Source: Verrucomicrobiota bacterium (lineage in GTDB: Bacteria; Verrucomicrobiota; Verrucomicrobiia; Limisphaerales; AAA164-E04). Taken from it: a stretch of DNA of 64,000 nt. The DNA lies in the NCBI GenBank assembly GCA_023257935.1, contig JALRAZ010000454.1:3214-67213 (forward strand). The letters run 5' to 3'. Position numbers and translations under genes: made by a program. Of the stretch, positions 63,601 to 64,000 are shown piece by piece; the first letter of the stretch is position 1, and each line of letters begins with the position of its first letter. The notes beneath the pieces are model-generated. The model searched no databases, was not told where the DNA came from, and worked only from the letters and a program-made list of their open reading frames with translations.

Positions 63601-64000
63601 TTGACTACAAATCCAGCCCCAAGAAACCTGATCTGCGTCTGAGTTGGAATGGCCTACAACTCCAGCTACCAGTCTACCTCAATGTGATGCGCCAGCCTGA
63701 AGTGGCAGAGGCTCTGCACCAAAAATCCATACGACCTGTAGGAGCTTTTTTTGTCTCCCTTAAGGGCGGCTCCGAGGGATGTGAAAACCGCAGCCAGGCC
63801 CTAGATCCCCAACATACCGATGAGGCAAATAAACGCGCTCACCAACATCATGGCTGCTTTGATTTGGAGGCTTTGAAAGAGCTGGATAGCCGCGAAGGAC
63901 AAACAAAAGGAGATCAGTTTGTTTACCGTTTAAAAAAGGATGGAAGTCCATTCAAGGACTGCTGGCATGCCATGTCTGGGGAGCAATTCAAAGCATACCT
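60672..64000 (+). CDS. addB: AddB-type helicase-nuclease subunit (PD-(D/E)XK nuclease family), C-terminus beyond window
   Basis: Absent from the ORF track because it is open to the window end. The ATG at 60672 overlaps the upstream stop (ATGA). My translation is MTQPQVQGATFSHINLLLGPAGSGKTHHCLEAI (Walker A). Later come SIEAFAQCPFRYFLQ and VIRGVIDRLDL...VVIDYKSS, the nuclease / Fe-S domain motifs. Confidence 0.8.
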   Translation, partial: MTQPQVQGATFSHINLLLGPAGSGKTHHCLEAIRSKLKADPEGPPLLLITPRQATFQMEAGLLKDPELNGFTRLQILSFPRLADFILGTLRPRHQACISEEGRVMVMRSILNRCESQLKLFGSSTGQPGLAAEVSQAIRQCQHQGIQLSQLRQLAERPDITPTQAGKLHDLALIHEHYHQWLGEQGLLDADQLLDLATEALKEQLRRQPRDRTFMLEGLWLDGFASLSPQERSMLKQLVLLSQQTTLAFCADSFPEPKRHLFSIWLPVHETIRACLNEVCHQDGIKTEHIVLPRCPERGRFKASPMLSWLESSWTRPTAFPGAGPEATKDKQWNQLELGLPQGATSDTQASIELVDCASPEDEIAWAARRILDEVQHKGLRFNQIAVLLRSLDGYQEPLLNQFSRLGIPCFIDQRQPIHHHPLVAMTRSVLRLLAYGWQQEDWFTYLKSGLIPLPMERIDTLESAAIEYGWRGADWWTPLRGQFGDESQMEEDRLALIEPFKLMPTLRCYTSGSLPHMMPCNGPQLVQAIRCLWDALDLQTRIESWDALGTEKGPQHPDFHQRVLESMETLLANLEMAFAESPLPISQWATILESGTSILSIGVVPPSIDQVMVGAIDRSRQSELSTVILLGVNESIFPARPGMEGIWDTADCQLFRSEGVEIGRDPRMELALERFLAYIACTRADKKLLISHARMNARGDILRPSVIIHHLQRMFPNLELQKLNPTITAEQAMHERELLGTDDFWRWRRANPDRYPPKKGSLLEATSDWVRNQTSHHANPEGKLDPWLASWLHGRSQAKPELKTSITSIEAFAQCPFRYFLQTGLKVREQVTFELDARRLGTFQHALLESFHLSLRQEKRLWHELSVKEAKQRLEQLATETMLEFHQGLIRDSASNQLIAASMSQTLGHLIGILIEWMQTYRFEPSRVELKFGGQDAPLPAWKLPLDGQASMVIRGVIDRLDLCDMQGDQTLAVVIDYKSSPKKPDLRLSWNGLQLQLPVYLNVMRQPEVAEALHQKSIRPVGAFFVSLKGGSEGCENRSQALDPQHTDEANKRAHQHHGCFDLEALKELDSREGQTKGDQFVYRLKKDGSPFKDCWHAMSGEQFKAY

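Noticed and set aside
1-64000. Scan for CRISPR arrays, tandem or interspersed repeats, IS elements, integrases, tRNA/rRNA genes, toxin-antitoxin pairs and known defence-system genes.
   Set aside because: I could recognise none by eye. Every gap over 100 bp was read on both strands, and none shows tRNA-like T-arm motifs or repeat-spacer periodicity. Short dispersed repeats cannot be excluded without a computational self-comparison (dot plot).

Overview
This is a dense, almost fully coding chromosomal segment with about 56 CDS. All intergenic gaps are under roughly 300 bp. I recognise no rRNA, tRNA, CRISPR array, transposase, integrase or prophage genes.

The gene content points to a PVC-superphylum bacterium, most likely Verrucomicrobiota. 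This is inferred from content only; no search was possible. The supporting genes are:
- two DUF1080 / 3-keto-disaccharide-hydrolase-like proteins
- a TAT-signal Gfo/Idh/MocA oxidoreductase
- a Cys-type sulfatase
- a CE15-like esterase
- a PQQ-like propeller
- a MoxR-DUF58-DUF4381 Bat-type module
- squalene-hopene cyclase
- a Rieske protein next to a cytochrome b fused to a dihaem c domain

Housekeeping genes present are ilvD, gcvP, purB, sdhCAB, hpf, apbE, a polyprenyl synthase and the start of addB.

Many ORF-track starts are TTG or GTG extensions. I re-set those starts to in-frame ATGs where a signal peptide, an SD sequence or a terminator supports the change.

The best candidate for a poorly described system is a tightly coupled five-gene minus-strand operon at 36979-44023:
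- It begins with a lipoprotein secretin.
- Three bitopic membrane proteins follow, with no motif I can recognise.
- It ends with a GspE/PilB-type ATPase.
- The window contains no pilin, prepilin peptidase or GspF/PilC platform gene.

Secondary points of interest:
- a hopanoid locus (shc-hpnG) divergent from a GT4 glycosyltransferase plus an HpnL-like membrane protein
- an ilvD-coupled TatT-type TRAP transporter
- a monocistronic membrane-anchored octahaem cytochrome with a HEAT-like tail
- a temptin-like / Asp-rich / Ig-like secreted protein
- an FHA protein with a B-box-like zinc module
- a glutaminase-less asparagine-synthetase homologue
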